From the NCBI GenBank assembly GCA_013115125.1, contig JABANN010000030.1:1-64000 (forward strand): a stretch of DNA of 64,000 nt, written 5' to 3'. Below the pieces are notes generated by a model. The model was not told the origin of the DNA and ran no database searches. It was given only the letters and a program-made list of their open reading frames with translations. The stretch is from Perkinsus olseni. Lineage: Eukaryota. Shown piece after piece: positions 37,196 through 49,400 of this stretch (positions within the stretch are counted from its first letter, which is position 1; every line of letters starts with the position of its first letter). Made by a program: the position numbers and the translations under genes.

Positions 37196-38302
37196 AAATG
37201 AGTAATCGAATTTGTTCAACGTTAACACGTAGAGAATGAAGCCATGAGAAAACGATGTGTGACTATGATGTCTGCTTGTGCCTCATTCTGCTGCTGTGTT
37301 TATCAAAGTCCAAATGACGGGCACAGGATCGCCATACTGCCATACCTTACGCCCTCAGCAACCTACGGGTCTCGCTGAGCAGCAAGCAGCGAGGGCCGAC
37401 TCGATATTGGTCTCCGTCGGAAAATCGCGAACTTCAGACCAGCTGCTGTTCACACGGCGACACTTCACTTAAAAGGTTTTCAGTCTTGGCTTACCCAGAC
37501 CAAGCAGGAAAGTGCGCTCCGGTCTCCGAAATTTTCCGCGAGTAGATGTCCACAAGAGTGAATAGTCGTACAAACTTCTCATTGCGATCGTACTACTGTC
37601 ATGCGGCACCATCTGTTCATAGGTTGTTGTTAGACTGCAACGAGAGGTCACTTAATGCCGTGCAACCGTCCTTGGCAGAGGACAGGGAGCATCCATAGAT
37701 CCCTGTGCTTACATCACTGAGGTCACCCATAAATTTGGATACTTCTACCGATCATGATGGAAGTAGATTCTAGCCTGTGAAAGCTTCGGTTCCGAGCAGT
37801 CTGTTGATGTCTTATTCTCGCACATCACGTGCCACGAATCAAAGCTGGGTTTCTAAGTTGTCGGCAATGAAGTCATTCTAGCATCAGAGTGGTGTTTGTC
37901 TTGATGGACTCGTATGAGTCTACCGTGCAGCTATTCTGGGACGACCTCCCACCATCTCCCTCGGGAACACTCGCAAAAGGTGAGAACCTCAACTGCGCAC
38001 TCGGTTTTCCTGCAAATACACACGAAAGAAGCGGTTCAGTGGCATCAGGAAGATGAGGACACGAAGCGGACCCGCGATATTCGCGACAACGTGGCTATTG
38101 ACTCTCGTTCACCAGACTCAAACCACAAATGGCTCCAGAGGGGAAGAACTACGAACACAGTGACGCCACTGATGGCATTTGACATAGACGAAAGACGAGT
38201 GGTAAGTTTACCAAGTATCATCAAGAAGCTCCTGGCAACCCGTTCAACGCGGGCGGCAACAGGCTCTCCTCGAAGATAGCACATCTCTAGTCGGTGAAGG
38301 AT

Positions 38303-39331
38303 TTATGCGAAAACCATGGCAACAACAGTGCCAACTAAAATGGAAGCCGCACTGCCGAAGCTATAAGCATTGCTGGTAGGCGCAGCGGTGGTGGAGGAAG
38401 GCTTATCAGAATCACTGGCAGGATCAATTGTCCCTCGGCTGCCGGGTGTGGTACTAGTGATGGTCGAACTGGTAGTGGTCGAAGTAGTAGTGGTCGAAGT
38501 GGCAGTGGTCGAAGTGGTAGTCGAGGTCGAAGTGGTAGTCGTCGAAGTGGCAGTAGTGGCGGACGAGGTTGTCGATGACGTGGTGGAGTTCTGTGAGGTT
38601 GTCTGAGATGTGGGGCTAGCGGTCGTACTGATACCAGAGGTAGCACTGGAAGTGGTAGCGGCGGGCTCAGTGGTGGTAGCGGCGGGCTCAGTGGTGGTAG
38701 CGGCGGGCTCAGTGGTGGTAGCGGCGGGCTCAGTAGTGGAAACGGCAGATGCTGTCGAAGGAATGGACGAGGAAGTCGCGCTTGCCGTAGTCTGAACTGT
38801 AGTAGTCGTCGATGTGGTCGGCGTGGTGGTGGTAGTAGTGGTCGGCATCATAGTCGTGGTGGTGGTCGTGGTGGTGGTCGGGGCGATGGTAGTAGTGGTG
38901 GCCAAAGTTGTGGTGGTGGGCGCTTGAGTCGTCTTAGGGAGAGGTGCCGTGTCGGTAGGCGGAGGAGGCATCTGGCTAGCTCCGTATCCAGTACACTGAT
39001 AGAGCTCAGGATTGCAGTCCGTCTTGCCGACACACTCCAGGCATTTGGCAGAAGCCGGTCCAGCCAAGCACTGCATCATGCAGTGCTGTCCACCGCAAGC
39101 CACTGAGGTCCCGAAGCACTGGGCGCAGCTCTCGGAAAGAGCACCATCAGTGCCACCGACCAAGCATTTGGTAGTTCCGGAAGCGGAACCGAAGGAGACA
39201 AGTCCGCAGTAACCCACGAAATTGCCGAAGGCCTGTCCGTACGACATCCACAAATCGTGATCGGCTTGCGTGCATTGGCCAGCTGCTGCGGCAACAGCGA
39301 CAACAGCAGAAACAGAGATGACAGAACGCAT
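38303..39331 (-). CDS. Mucin-like, probably GPI-anchored surface protein with an N-terminal 12-Cys domain, intronless
   Basis: 342 aa: signal peptide, Cys-rich domain, Thr/Ser/Pro stalk, C-terminal SNAYSFGSAASILVGTVVAMVFA hydrophobic tail with no cytoplasmic domain. Confidence 0.88.
   Translation of the reverse strand: MRSVISVSAVVAVAAAAGQCTQADHDLWMSYGQAFGNFVGYCGLVSFGSASGTTKCLVGGTDGALSESCAQCFGTSVACGGQHCMMQCLAGPASAKCLECVGKTDCNPELYQCTGYGASQMPPPPTDTAPLPKTTQAPTTTTLATTTTIAPTTTTTTTTTMMPTTTTTTTPTTSTTTTVQTTASATSSSIPSTASAVSTTEPAATTTEPAATTTEPAATTTEPAATTSSATSGISTTASPTSQTTSQNSTTSSTTSSATTATSTTTTSTSTTTSTTATSTTTTSTTTSSTITSTTPGSRGTIDPASDSDKPSSTTAAPTSNAYSFGSAASILVGTVVAMVFA
38652..38735 (-). repeat. 21-bp coding tandem repeat x4 (EPAATTT)
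   Basis: gtggtagcggcgggctcagtg units within the mucin stalk. Confidence 0.9.
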
Positions 39332-39920
39332 CGGTAAAGTTGTCCGAAAGACTATTGCACCAGGAGGGATACAAATCGTTAAGATTAGCGTCGAGGTAGG
39401 CCCTTTGTGTGCTACAGCCTCAGCCTTGTCCCCTTTCGGGATTCGCCCAAACAGAGCTTCTCCACATCACAAAGACCATCGAGCGTTTGTCTTAGGAGAA
39501 GTGGAACAATCGTTCAAGGATGGGCTTCGAAGTGGGGGCACGTGATTCGGCGCACTACGGCGGGGTAGACACTTCCTTAGCCGTAAGCTAAAACGTCATT
39601 GTGTCGGTCTCTGTGACAGGGACTCTGTCCCAATCCATCACATGACACAGTCACATCAGTCGAGCTCTCGATTAGACACTGATGACACGAAAAAACTACA
39701 TTGCTGATAATGTTTCGATAATGCTCAACGGGCGGTTCGAAGGAAGTCAGGTATACGAGCAGTAGTACAAACACTCTTGGACAGCTGTGCCAATAGTCCC
39801 CGTAGCCTCGAGAAGCGTTAAGATAGTCCTCTCGCACGCAGCTCTACTACTAGCAACTAATAACACAACGCTGAACTCATTTCCAACATCAAAGTAGCCT
39901 GTATCATGGTCATGACATAG

Positions 39921-42900
39921 TCACGGTGGACCACCGGGTCCACTTGGTGCAGCAGGAGGCGGAGTATTGCTAGGAGGAGCCGAGTTGTCGGCAAGGAGAC
40001 CTACGCTCACCAGCACTTGATCGGCCTTCTCTGTGATGTCCTCCTCCATCTTGTCGACAGTCTCTCTGGCATTCCTCAACGCCTCATCATCGAGCTCGTT
40101 CTGTTTTCTCTCCATCTCTGCTAACTTGTCTCTGACTCTCTCGGCGAGAGCTTCTGTGCGGTTCGACACTTTCGCCTCTTCAACTTTCATACGTTTCACG
40201 CTGTCCTCCATGTTGCTCTCAAATTCCTTACTCTGCACGTAGCCCATGTCCAGCTTCCTATGAAGCTTATTAACCTCATCCACGGACTTCGTAAGGATAT
40301 CCTCAGCCTTCAGCATGGCTTGATGCAACCTCATCGTGAGTTGCTCAATGAACTCAGCGTCGTCCTTCTGGAAGCGCTTGAGATTCTTGCCCATCACCTG
40401 CGAGTACTCATCCCAAAGTTGAAGGATGCTCTTCACAGCCTGTCTAGTGTGAGCCAGGCGGATAGCAATATCGCTACTATCGCCTGCCTCGGCACCTTCG
40501 AAGTCCATTTGGATCTTCCCAAGTTCACCCATCACATTCGACAGCGTCTTGGTCATCCTCAGTTTACTGTCTTGAGCCTTCTTAAACACGCCCGAGATGT
40601 TATTCTTAGCAGAATGTTCCAGCCCTTGGAAGATGGCTTCCTCATGCCTCGCTAGTATGGCCGCGTGATCCTTCTCAGCTTCCGTCTTCTCCAGCCGTCT
40701 AGCGTTGCCCATGTGAGACGTTTCAATATCAAACTTGTTGCCAGCCCTTCCCTCCTGAAGCTCCTTTCCAAGCATAGATTCAACCTGGACCACCGCTCCC
40801 TGTGCGCCCGAGAGTAAACCCGTGTCCCTCTGACCAAACTCCCTGACTTCATCACCAAGCTCATTATTCTCAGCGCCAACAGCGTCCTCGATGGCCTCGA
40901 GGTTACCGGTAACTCTCTTCATGCTCTCCTGGACCTCCTGAGTTCTCTCGTTGTTCACATCATCGCTCTTCAGCAGCACGCCTTTCATTTTAGTATCATC
41001 CGCGCGATCCTTGTTTGCCAGCTTTTTCAGTTGCTCCATGATTCTGATGCCCTCCTCAGCCTCGTCCTTCTCTTCCTCAGTCTCCTTCGTATTAGCTCTC
41101 TCATTCAGCTTAGTGATTCTGAGGTCGATGTCTTTGGTCGTGTCAAGCGCCTCCTTTTCGATCTGCTTCGCCGCCCTGTCGAAAACCTGTGGAATGTCCG
41201 CGAGCTTCTTCTCGAGCTCTTCAGTCCTATGCGACAATCTTCCAGCTTCCCCTCCAGACACTTTCCTGAAGACCAGAACCGACTACCCACAGAGTCAACG
41301 CGACCGTCGCCGTGACTCACGCAAACTTCGTGTTGAGACCTCTTGTCTCATCATCAAACTGACTCTTTGTGAACTCAATCCCTTCCAAGATCGCATCGAG
41401 CTCATCCTCGAACCTGCTCCACAAAATCATGACATGACGAAAATTCCAGAGGAGCTAGCAGGGAATCGTTTCTAACGAGCGGAGCCCGTCGCTCCGCTCC
41501 GGAGTCGCTTCGCTCCAATGGCGGCGCTCTCAGTCGAAACATTGTGCAGTTAGGCGTAAAGTGCAGGAAAGTGTGAATTTTTCACGCGCGTTGTAGTGAA
41601 TGAGTAGAGTTCGTGTGAGAGATGAAGGAAGAGGATGTGAACATACCGGCATGGATGAGGAAGCTGTGGCGTCGATTGAGACGCATGTCCAAGACGGGAA
41701 GAAATAGAATCAGAATTGTGACAAACTTGACAAATGTGAGTATTTCACGCACGATTATGGCCGCGTAGCATAAAAGTATTAATACTGGACCCACTTTTTG
41801 GTATGCTTGTCAAACCGTGTAGCATCCGACGTCAGCTTCTTGGTCATGACCTGAGATGGTGGTGCGAGTGGGTCTAGTGGTCACTAGTGCAGCGAAAGGT
41901 ATCAGAGTGAGCAGCTACTCACGCTAGAGCGGGTCTTGTCTTCCAGGTACTGCTTCTGTCCCTCATCCAGCTCAGTCTGGGCCTTTGCCAACACCTCCCT
42001 GCTACGCTGGCTGGTCATGTCCATGCCGGACTTCAGCTGAAACGCGACAAAAATTTGATCCTTCTTCAGCATCGGCAGGTGGAATCACCTCGCCCCGTAT
42101 TTCCTTCTCAAGGCCTCCCTGAATCTGCGAGAAACGGCCTCGAAGTGACTCCACTTCGTGCTCGTTGCTGATGGCCTGTTTGTCGAGAGTTCTCCTGAAA
42201 CACAACGGGAATTACATCCAGCGAGGCCAAGAGAAGAAAGAATGTGCCAGCTTTGTTCCGGACTCACGTGAACTGCTGCGATTCTTCGGCTAAATCTTGC
42301 ACCTTCTCGGCCATCACATGTTCCATATCTTTCTCAATCTGAGCATCGAAGGTTGGAACTCGGCGGTTACTATCTGTCTCACATCAGCAAGCTCCACTCC
42401 CAGCTCCTGCCCCCTTCGGGCACTCGAAGTCATCTTCGACCTCAGATCCCTTCCCGTACGGAAGTTCTCCGATTCGACGTTCTGAGGACGAGCATGCTGA
42501 GCGACCGAGACCATCAATTGCCGATGCACTTACTTGAATGTCACGAGAGGCATCTCCAGCCACCTCCCTGAAGCCCCTATTAGCCGCATTGGCCTCTTCG
42601 TCCACTGCCCTTCTCCCGTTAGAATGGGAGGTCGCTAGCGCTTTTGAGAGAGCGTTCAACTGGGAGAAGCACTCGTTTCATGAGGCTGGGCAGCTCCCCC
42701 AGGGCTTACAAATGCAGCTTCCTGCTTCGAGATAGAGGTACCAAGGCGGGCAAGGGTTGATCTAGAGTCGCGCTGCTGGGACATAAACTCCGACTTGATC
42801 TTATGCTCCTCTGGAGACAGGCGACCGTCACAGCCCATCACGCAGGCAAGTCCTCACCTCTTTCGATCCCAGCTAGTGCGGCATCAACGCCCTTAGCAGA

Positions 42901-45900
42901 CATCATAGCGTGTTTGATAGCATTGATGTGGGCCTGTCAAGCGGAAGATGTCTCGACCAAACCCGATCCTCCGTCACCGGGTTACCCTCTTGTTGGCGTC
43001 CATGGTCATCTGGACGTTATCCTCAGTGTGCTCGAGGTCACGGAGAGCTCCCTTCATCCTATTCTCGGTTTCCTTCACCCCTTGAGAGATTTCGCCCTGA
43101 AGTGGGACCCCGATCCCGTCGCCCTCAATTAGAGAGAAAAAACGCCTTACCCCGATTTTCCTCCCGGTGGCATACGACTCCGACTTCAACGCTGAGCCTT
43201 CCTGCTGCATCTTCAGCGCTAGCCCCATCATCGCCTCTTGCATGGCAGCACTCGTCTGCGTTATCTCAGCACTGAAGAAGGCAGGCTGTTTCCCGCCAAA
43301 GCAGCCCTCCACCGGCACTCACTCCAGTCCGTTGATCTGCATCTTCAGACTCTCGACCAAGCCAGCCTCTCCCGACCGCAGAGCATCTTGCAGCTGCATG
43401 ACCAAGCCTCCCATCTTGCTCTGCTGCATGCCGAGTTGTCTCTGCATGCCAATAACTTTACCTGAGAACTCGCGAGTGAGAGAGACTTACTGATGGCATC
43501 CAAGCTCACCCATGACATTCCTCATCTCCAGTCGGGATGCACTGTCCATATCCCGATTGGCGTTCGCCATTGAGCTGTCCATCGTCATGAATAGCTCCCC
43601 GAGATGAGAGCCCGATGAGGCTAATGATACGGAAGCCACGATTTTCGAGTGGCGAGGAGCCTTTCAGGTAGACCTTACCTCGTAGCTCGGAGACAGCTCT
43701 CTTCAATGGTGTCAGCTTCTCTTTCCTTTGCTGCTCTAGCCCAGATGAGCCCGTCTGCATCCCCTCCTCGAACTTGGCAAGCGTCGCTATGAGAATACCG
43801 ATGGCAACCATCATCCCCTGCAGCAGCAACGACCTACCCTCAACTTTCTTCATAGCCTCATTCAGGTCACCAGACATGTTACTATCGTGGGAAAGAGGAG
43901 CCTCTGTTTCATCTGGCCGGACCAATGGTGGACCATGCTCGCCACGGTCGATTCAGCTTACTCCTAAAACGCTCCATGCGCTCATCAGCTTTGTTCTCAG
44001 CGCTGTCATATTTATGCTGCATCTCCTCCTGAATCACACCAAGAGGGTTAGCTTCTTAACGCACTTAACAAGGATTCGGTCGTACTTGCAATGATTCCAC
44101 GTCCTCGGTCTGTTGTTCCACCTTCATCTCTCCATCTTTCCGACGGGCCTCTTCGCGCTCCTAAAAGGGATACCACGACCTTGCATGACACAGGGTCGGA
44201 AGATACTCGCTTACATGTGCCTCGGCGGTCTGCTCTTCAATCTGCTTCTCCCCGGACTCCATCAGTTTATCAGTTCTTCCATCAGTTTGCTTCCTGACAG
44301 AGGGAAGTATCAGCCACACCGATGCAGCCATCAATGACTCACGTGAACTCGTTGAGAGTATGGTCAGCAGCAATCTCCAGTTCGTCCCTGACTTTGTCGA
44401 CTTCCTGCTCAGCCTTGTTCTGGGCCTTTTCATGAGCTTCGAGTGAAACCTCAGGTACTTCCTGTATCTCGTCTAAATAGCACCAACACTTGAAAGATTT
44501 CAACCCTCGCCAGCGATGCTTACCGGAGAGATCATCTAAGAGGTTCTCCGCGTCTTCTAGGAAGCCTTCAGTGCTTCGCTCCATCGTCTCCCTAGCGCCC
44601 ATAGTCTGCCTCATCCCTTGCTCCACGGGAAGCTAATGAGGCCCAATATCAGAGTGGATAGCGGAATACTCTAGGCGTCTCCTCCCCACCTGTCCCTTGT
44701 TGATAGAGCCAACCGCCTGCTGCATGTACTTGTTGCCGAGCTTATTGAGACTGATCATATTCTGCATCTGCGCCTCCGCTTGCATGCTGCTCTGGAACTG
44801 GATGCCCTTCACCAACTGGAAGCAAACAACTCACTCGGACTGAACCTTTATTCTCCTTACCGTGTCGAGTCTCTTATCTGCCTCTCCCTTCATAGTGTCC
44901 ACATCAACGATGACGCCGTAGTGAACCTTGTCTAGCTCCGCCCAGGCCTCATCGGCAGCCGCGATCTACAGAAACAGGGTCTCGCAGTCACAAGAGCGTA
45001 GCTCCGTAGCAGGGCGGTCGTCCAGCCACAAAAAGCACTCACCGCAGCATCCTTAAGAGATAGGAGGGAGCCAGCAAGGAGGCCGAACTCGCTAATTAGT
45101 CCCGTGTTCTTGCTCGGATTGTCCTTGCTGAACCCAGGCCCATCTGAAAGGAGCGATAACAACAACCGACGAGGAGAGGGAACGCAAAGCCTACAGGTGA
45201 GCCCCATAGCTTCCTCCAGCTCAGCATTGGCGAGCTTCCACCTCTGCTGCAGACTCTGAAGGGCAAGAAGGAGTTGTATACCCGACCGAGACAGACTGCT
45301 GCTGCTGCTGCACGCTGTCTTACGTTCGATTCACTCTGAAGCTCCGTGTTGTCCTGGTGGAGTTCCTTCATCGGTTGGAGCATGCCTTTGATGAGTTGAT
45401 ACCTGTTGGAGTCATGAGACCGGGCGAAAGGAGGGATCAGTGTCACCCTACCGCCGCCTGTGGCAGTCATCATCATCACCATCCGGGTCGCTGCCGCGGG
45501 ACTCGCAAGCCCTTGCTGGACTATCATTCTTTCTCCGACGGTTCTTGTGGAACAGAGTCATCTCAGCTCGAGAGTCGACCTGCAGGGAGGAGGCCAGTAG
45601 ATGAGTATCCAAGGTTGATGCTGGCAGTTCATACCTTGGACAGCATCTCGATGAGTTCAGATTCCGAGCCCATGTCAGGATACTCGCTTACCAGCTGATG
45701 AACCTGCGAGCAAGCAGCTGGGAGACCAGTGGTCGCAATCCTGGGCTGATACGGAAGGCTCTGATACCCCAGGAAAGGGGGCAGAGATTGTGCACTGGCG
45801 GAACGCTGCTGCGACCGACAAGGGAAGCATCGTCCCGCAGCAGTGGGCACGGCACCCTAGAGAGCAGTCTAAAGCCGCTCAGGCAGACCCCATAGAAGGG

Positions 45901-46241
45901 CTTGAATGATCCCTCAAGGAGCTCGATTAGACGTCATCCACGCCTACAGACTCTGGTGGGGAGGGGAGGGAGGGGAAAAGGGAGCGATGCCAACCGCTGT
46001 GACGTACTGGCCCGTGGTTACCTCGTCTTCCCAGCCGGGGGCCCGAGCACGATGAGCTAATAGTTCATGAATGTTCGCATCATCCACTACATCCTGAAAG
46101 GCATTTGTCGCATTGAGAAGGCCAACTCCTGACTTATTCCGCATCTTCCATGCTCAACCCCGAGATACGCCCCTCCCTTACATCTTCCGCGTTCCCGATG
46201 GCAAAGCAAGCCCAGACGAAGAGGGCCGACCGTACGATCAT
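39921..46241 (-). CDS. Giant secreted coiled-coil protein C3
   Basis: Signal MIVRSALFVWACFAIGNAED|DVVDDANIHELLAHRARAP; LVSEYPDMGSESEL; RACESRGSDPDGDDDDCHRRRYQLI; WAELDKVHYG; single 1345-nt terminal exon 39921-41265. Confidence 0.8.
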
Positions 46242-46344
46242 TACTATTCTAGATTTAAAAATGGTAATGGCTAAAACGGGAACAATGAGAAAGTCCATCA
46301 AGCGAGAACCCAATCATGCGACCGTGGGCGACCCGACCCAAACC

Positions 46345-46367
46345 GCGCCGACAAAAGCGCGCGCCCG
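46345..46367 (-). promoter_or_regulatory. 23-bp conserved upstream element of C3
   Basis: Identical to 35951-35973; 104 nt from the C3 ATG. Confidence 0.65.
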
Positions 46368-46489
46368 GAAAATCAGCAATTTCGAGCGGCCGTGCTGGTC
46401 CGTCCTTCCATGCCCGCGCTTACACTTACAAACTCAACTGGCTCCGTGCTAGACAGAAACAGTAAAACACGAATGATGATAACGTAGAG

Positions 46490-49400
46490 TTAGACTGCCG
46501 TTTCCTCTCCCTCCTGCTGACTATCAGCCAGAGCATCTTCCTCCTCCTTGTTGGCTGCTGTGGTCCACAGCTTGTTGCACTCGGCTGTGAGGACCTCCCT
46601 ATTGAAGTCGCAAATGTAGCGAGCGAAAGATTCGTCTGTAAAGTAGGGGGGAGGAAGGACGTTGGGGATGAAGCCCCCACGAGCTTCAGTCATAGTCGTC
46701 GCGTCGTAAAGACACTGCAGGAACTGACGGCACGCTCTGTAGGGTACGGAGTCACGTATGTTCTGATAGAAAAAGGGGAAAATCCTTCAGCTATGACCAC
46801 GTAGCCTGTGCTGACCTCCTCGTAGCCTCTATGAGTGCAGATGATCCATGCTCCCCCGGTGACAGGGTTCTTAGGTGTCACCAGCTGCGTGTGATAGAAG
46901 GCCAACGACAGTATTTGCAAGATGCCAGCCGACCACCTGTCCAGGAAACCCATCATCCTCGCCCGCTCCCTTACTGTCGTCAGTGCTCACCGAGTCAGCA
47001 GTGTACTTTGCGGCAAGCCGATGATGAGTGCTCGACGTGGGTGGCAGTTGAGCGCAGCTATAATAGGGCCCAGCCACTCTCGGCGATGCTTCAGCTCGTA
47101 CTCTGTCAACTCTACTGGATAGGGACACGTGCTATCTGACGACCAAAGGAGCATACAGTAACCAAGACGAACTGACTCCGAGTAGTACCTCGACAGATCC
47201 TCACTAGGATGGTGTCAATAGTCTGCGATGTCGCCTCTGACGGCAGCAGTGCGACCACCTCCTTATGCCTGTCCGGCAGCCGACTCGAAGTTGACGTACC
47301 CAGCTCGGATCGAATGATGTGTTCACAATCGACCACCGACTCAGTGGAGCTCGCCGGGTTGATTTCGAGGACACTCCTGCAACAGCACTCAGCCGATTCA
47401 CTAGCGCGACAGAAGACCTACTCTCCCAGAGGGACCTCTACAAGGCCCACCACCCTCCTTATCTCCTCGAGTGCATTGTCGTCCTCCTTGGGCCTCGGCA
47501 CTTCTACTCGGCCCTCTTCCCTCTCCCATGCAGCATTAGTACGATGATACACAACTCTGTCGAGGACGTCCGAGTCAGCAAACTTGGACAACCTCACTTC
47601 GTGTGGCTTTAAAGGCACCCCACACTCAGTGAACCTGAAAGGCTTCTGCCATACCATCTCTTCCCCCCATCACCCACCACGCCTCTTTCAAATAGTCGCC
47701 ACTGCTTATCTTGCCCAGTAGAGTGTTCTCCAACTCCCTTGTCACCTGATCCGACACCACCATCACCCCTGAGTCAGCCGAGGTCTCCCCACCTTCATCG
47801 GTGCCTTCGCTCGCATCATAGGCCCGCTAGCAGCCCCTTCCACCGAGCCATGACCAAGGCCCCGGCGATCAGTCGGACGCCTATTCTCAACCTCAATCAC
47901 TGGGTTACCATGCTCCAGTCCCCTGAGAAGTCCACTGTTACCTCCACCCCGCCGACCCTCCCCTCACTCTCCGGTCAAGCCTGACTTCTCCAGGAGTGCT
48001 TTGCTCAGACTGCTGCCAATCGCCGGTGCCGCCACCTTCTCTCCTGACCACCAACCACAAATGATAGCACGCCTCCAGCCACCCCTCCTGCACACCAGCT
48101 CCCTCTGCCTCATTGCCCCTCCTCGGCGGTGCGATGCCATCAGTCGGTACGAAGCCAGCGTGTGGCTTCTCCCGAGCAAGGTCAGCCCGTCGGGTCTGCG
48201 TCTGGTCGTACAACCTTCGGAACTCAGCTCTGGACGACTGAGTGCCGCTCTTGTTACCTCGCCCACCCGTCGGGAAGGACCTGCTCACCCGCCATCCACC
48301 ATGCCCTGCCTCTATCAGCGTCCTACCTGGTACTGTTGATGTTACCCCCCTTATCCAGAGGAATGGCCGGCGCAGGGACGATCCTGTCCTCCTCCTTCAG
48401 ACGCCGCAAGTCCAGCTTCTCAATGAACTCCATCGGATAGCTGAGCACGCAGGCCACCTCCGTCGCCCCCTCCCCAACAAGCCAATGTACCTCCTCTTCC
48501 TAGCATTGATCAACTGCTTCTCCTCGAACGGGAAGTTCTCAAAGAGCCGCAGGTTGCGGTCGATGTAGTCGGTCTGCTGCGTCGAGAAGTACACCGAGCA
48601 CTTAGTGAAGGCCTCAGTGAATTCAGCCGACATCCACCCGTCTGTCAGTACCATCTACCACTACCCCGTAAGCCGGCCTTCCTACCTGGGACAATCGCCC
48701 TCTCAAGCTGCTGCTCATCACCAGCCTCAATGCCCGACCATACATCGTCGTCCTCCATCAGGGCCATCAAACGATTGAGTATTGCGGAGCGGATAAAGCC
48801 GAAGCCCAGGCCAACCACGTAGACCTGCACGGGCGGTGCCAGGGAGGGGCCCTACTCGCCTTCGTACCTCGGAGTTCCCTGGTTTGCTCATCTCTGGCTT
48901 GCACACGATACAGCGATCGAACATGGCTCTCACCAGCCATATAATGGACTTCGAGGCAGGCTCGAAAAGGGTAAACATTTTCAACACCTGCAACAGCAGA
49001 GGTTCTTCCCTCCCCCAGGGGTATCTACAAACCAGGGATCCTCCAGTCCGCAGCAGGCCGAGGGCAGCCACCAGCTCCGAGAAGTGCAAACGAGTCGTTA
49101 TCCGCTCCTGGTTGTTGGCATCGAATCTGTGTGCAACCGATCTACTTGGAAAGGAGGGCCGCACTGCGATGAACCCTACTGAGTGTCCACTGAGCCATCT
49201 GCTGTTACTATGTCGCATACTTGCTGCTTCCTCTTTGCTCTATCGACCAGGTCTCGGACATTACGGTACGCCTGAATATGACCGGACTAGCCTCATGAAA
49301 GTGAACTGCATACACCTAGGAGGTGNNNNNNNNNNNNNNNNNNNNNNNNNNNNNNNNNNNNNNNNNNNNNNNNNNNNNNNNNNNNNNNNNNNNNNNNNNN

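Noticed and set aside
37200-38290. Short ORFs between the hypothetical gene and the mucin
   Set aside because: No homology or convincing splice model.
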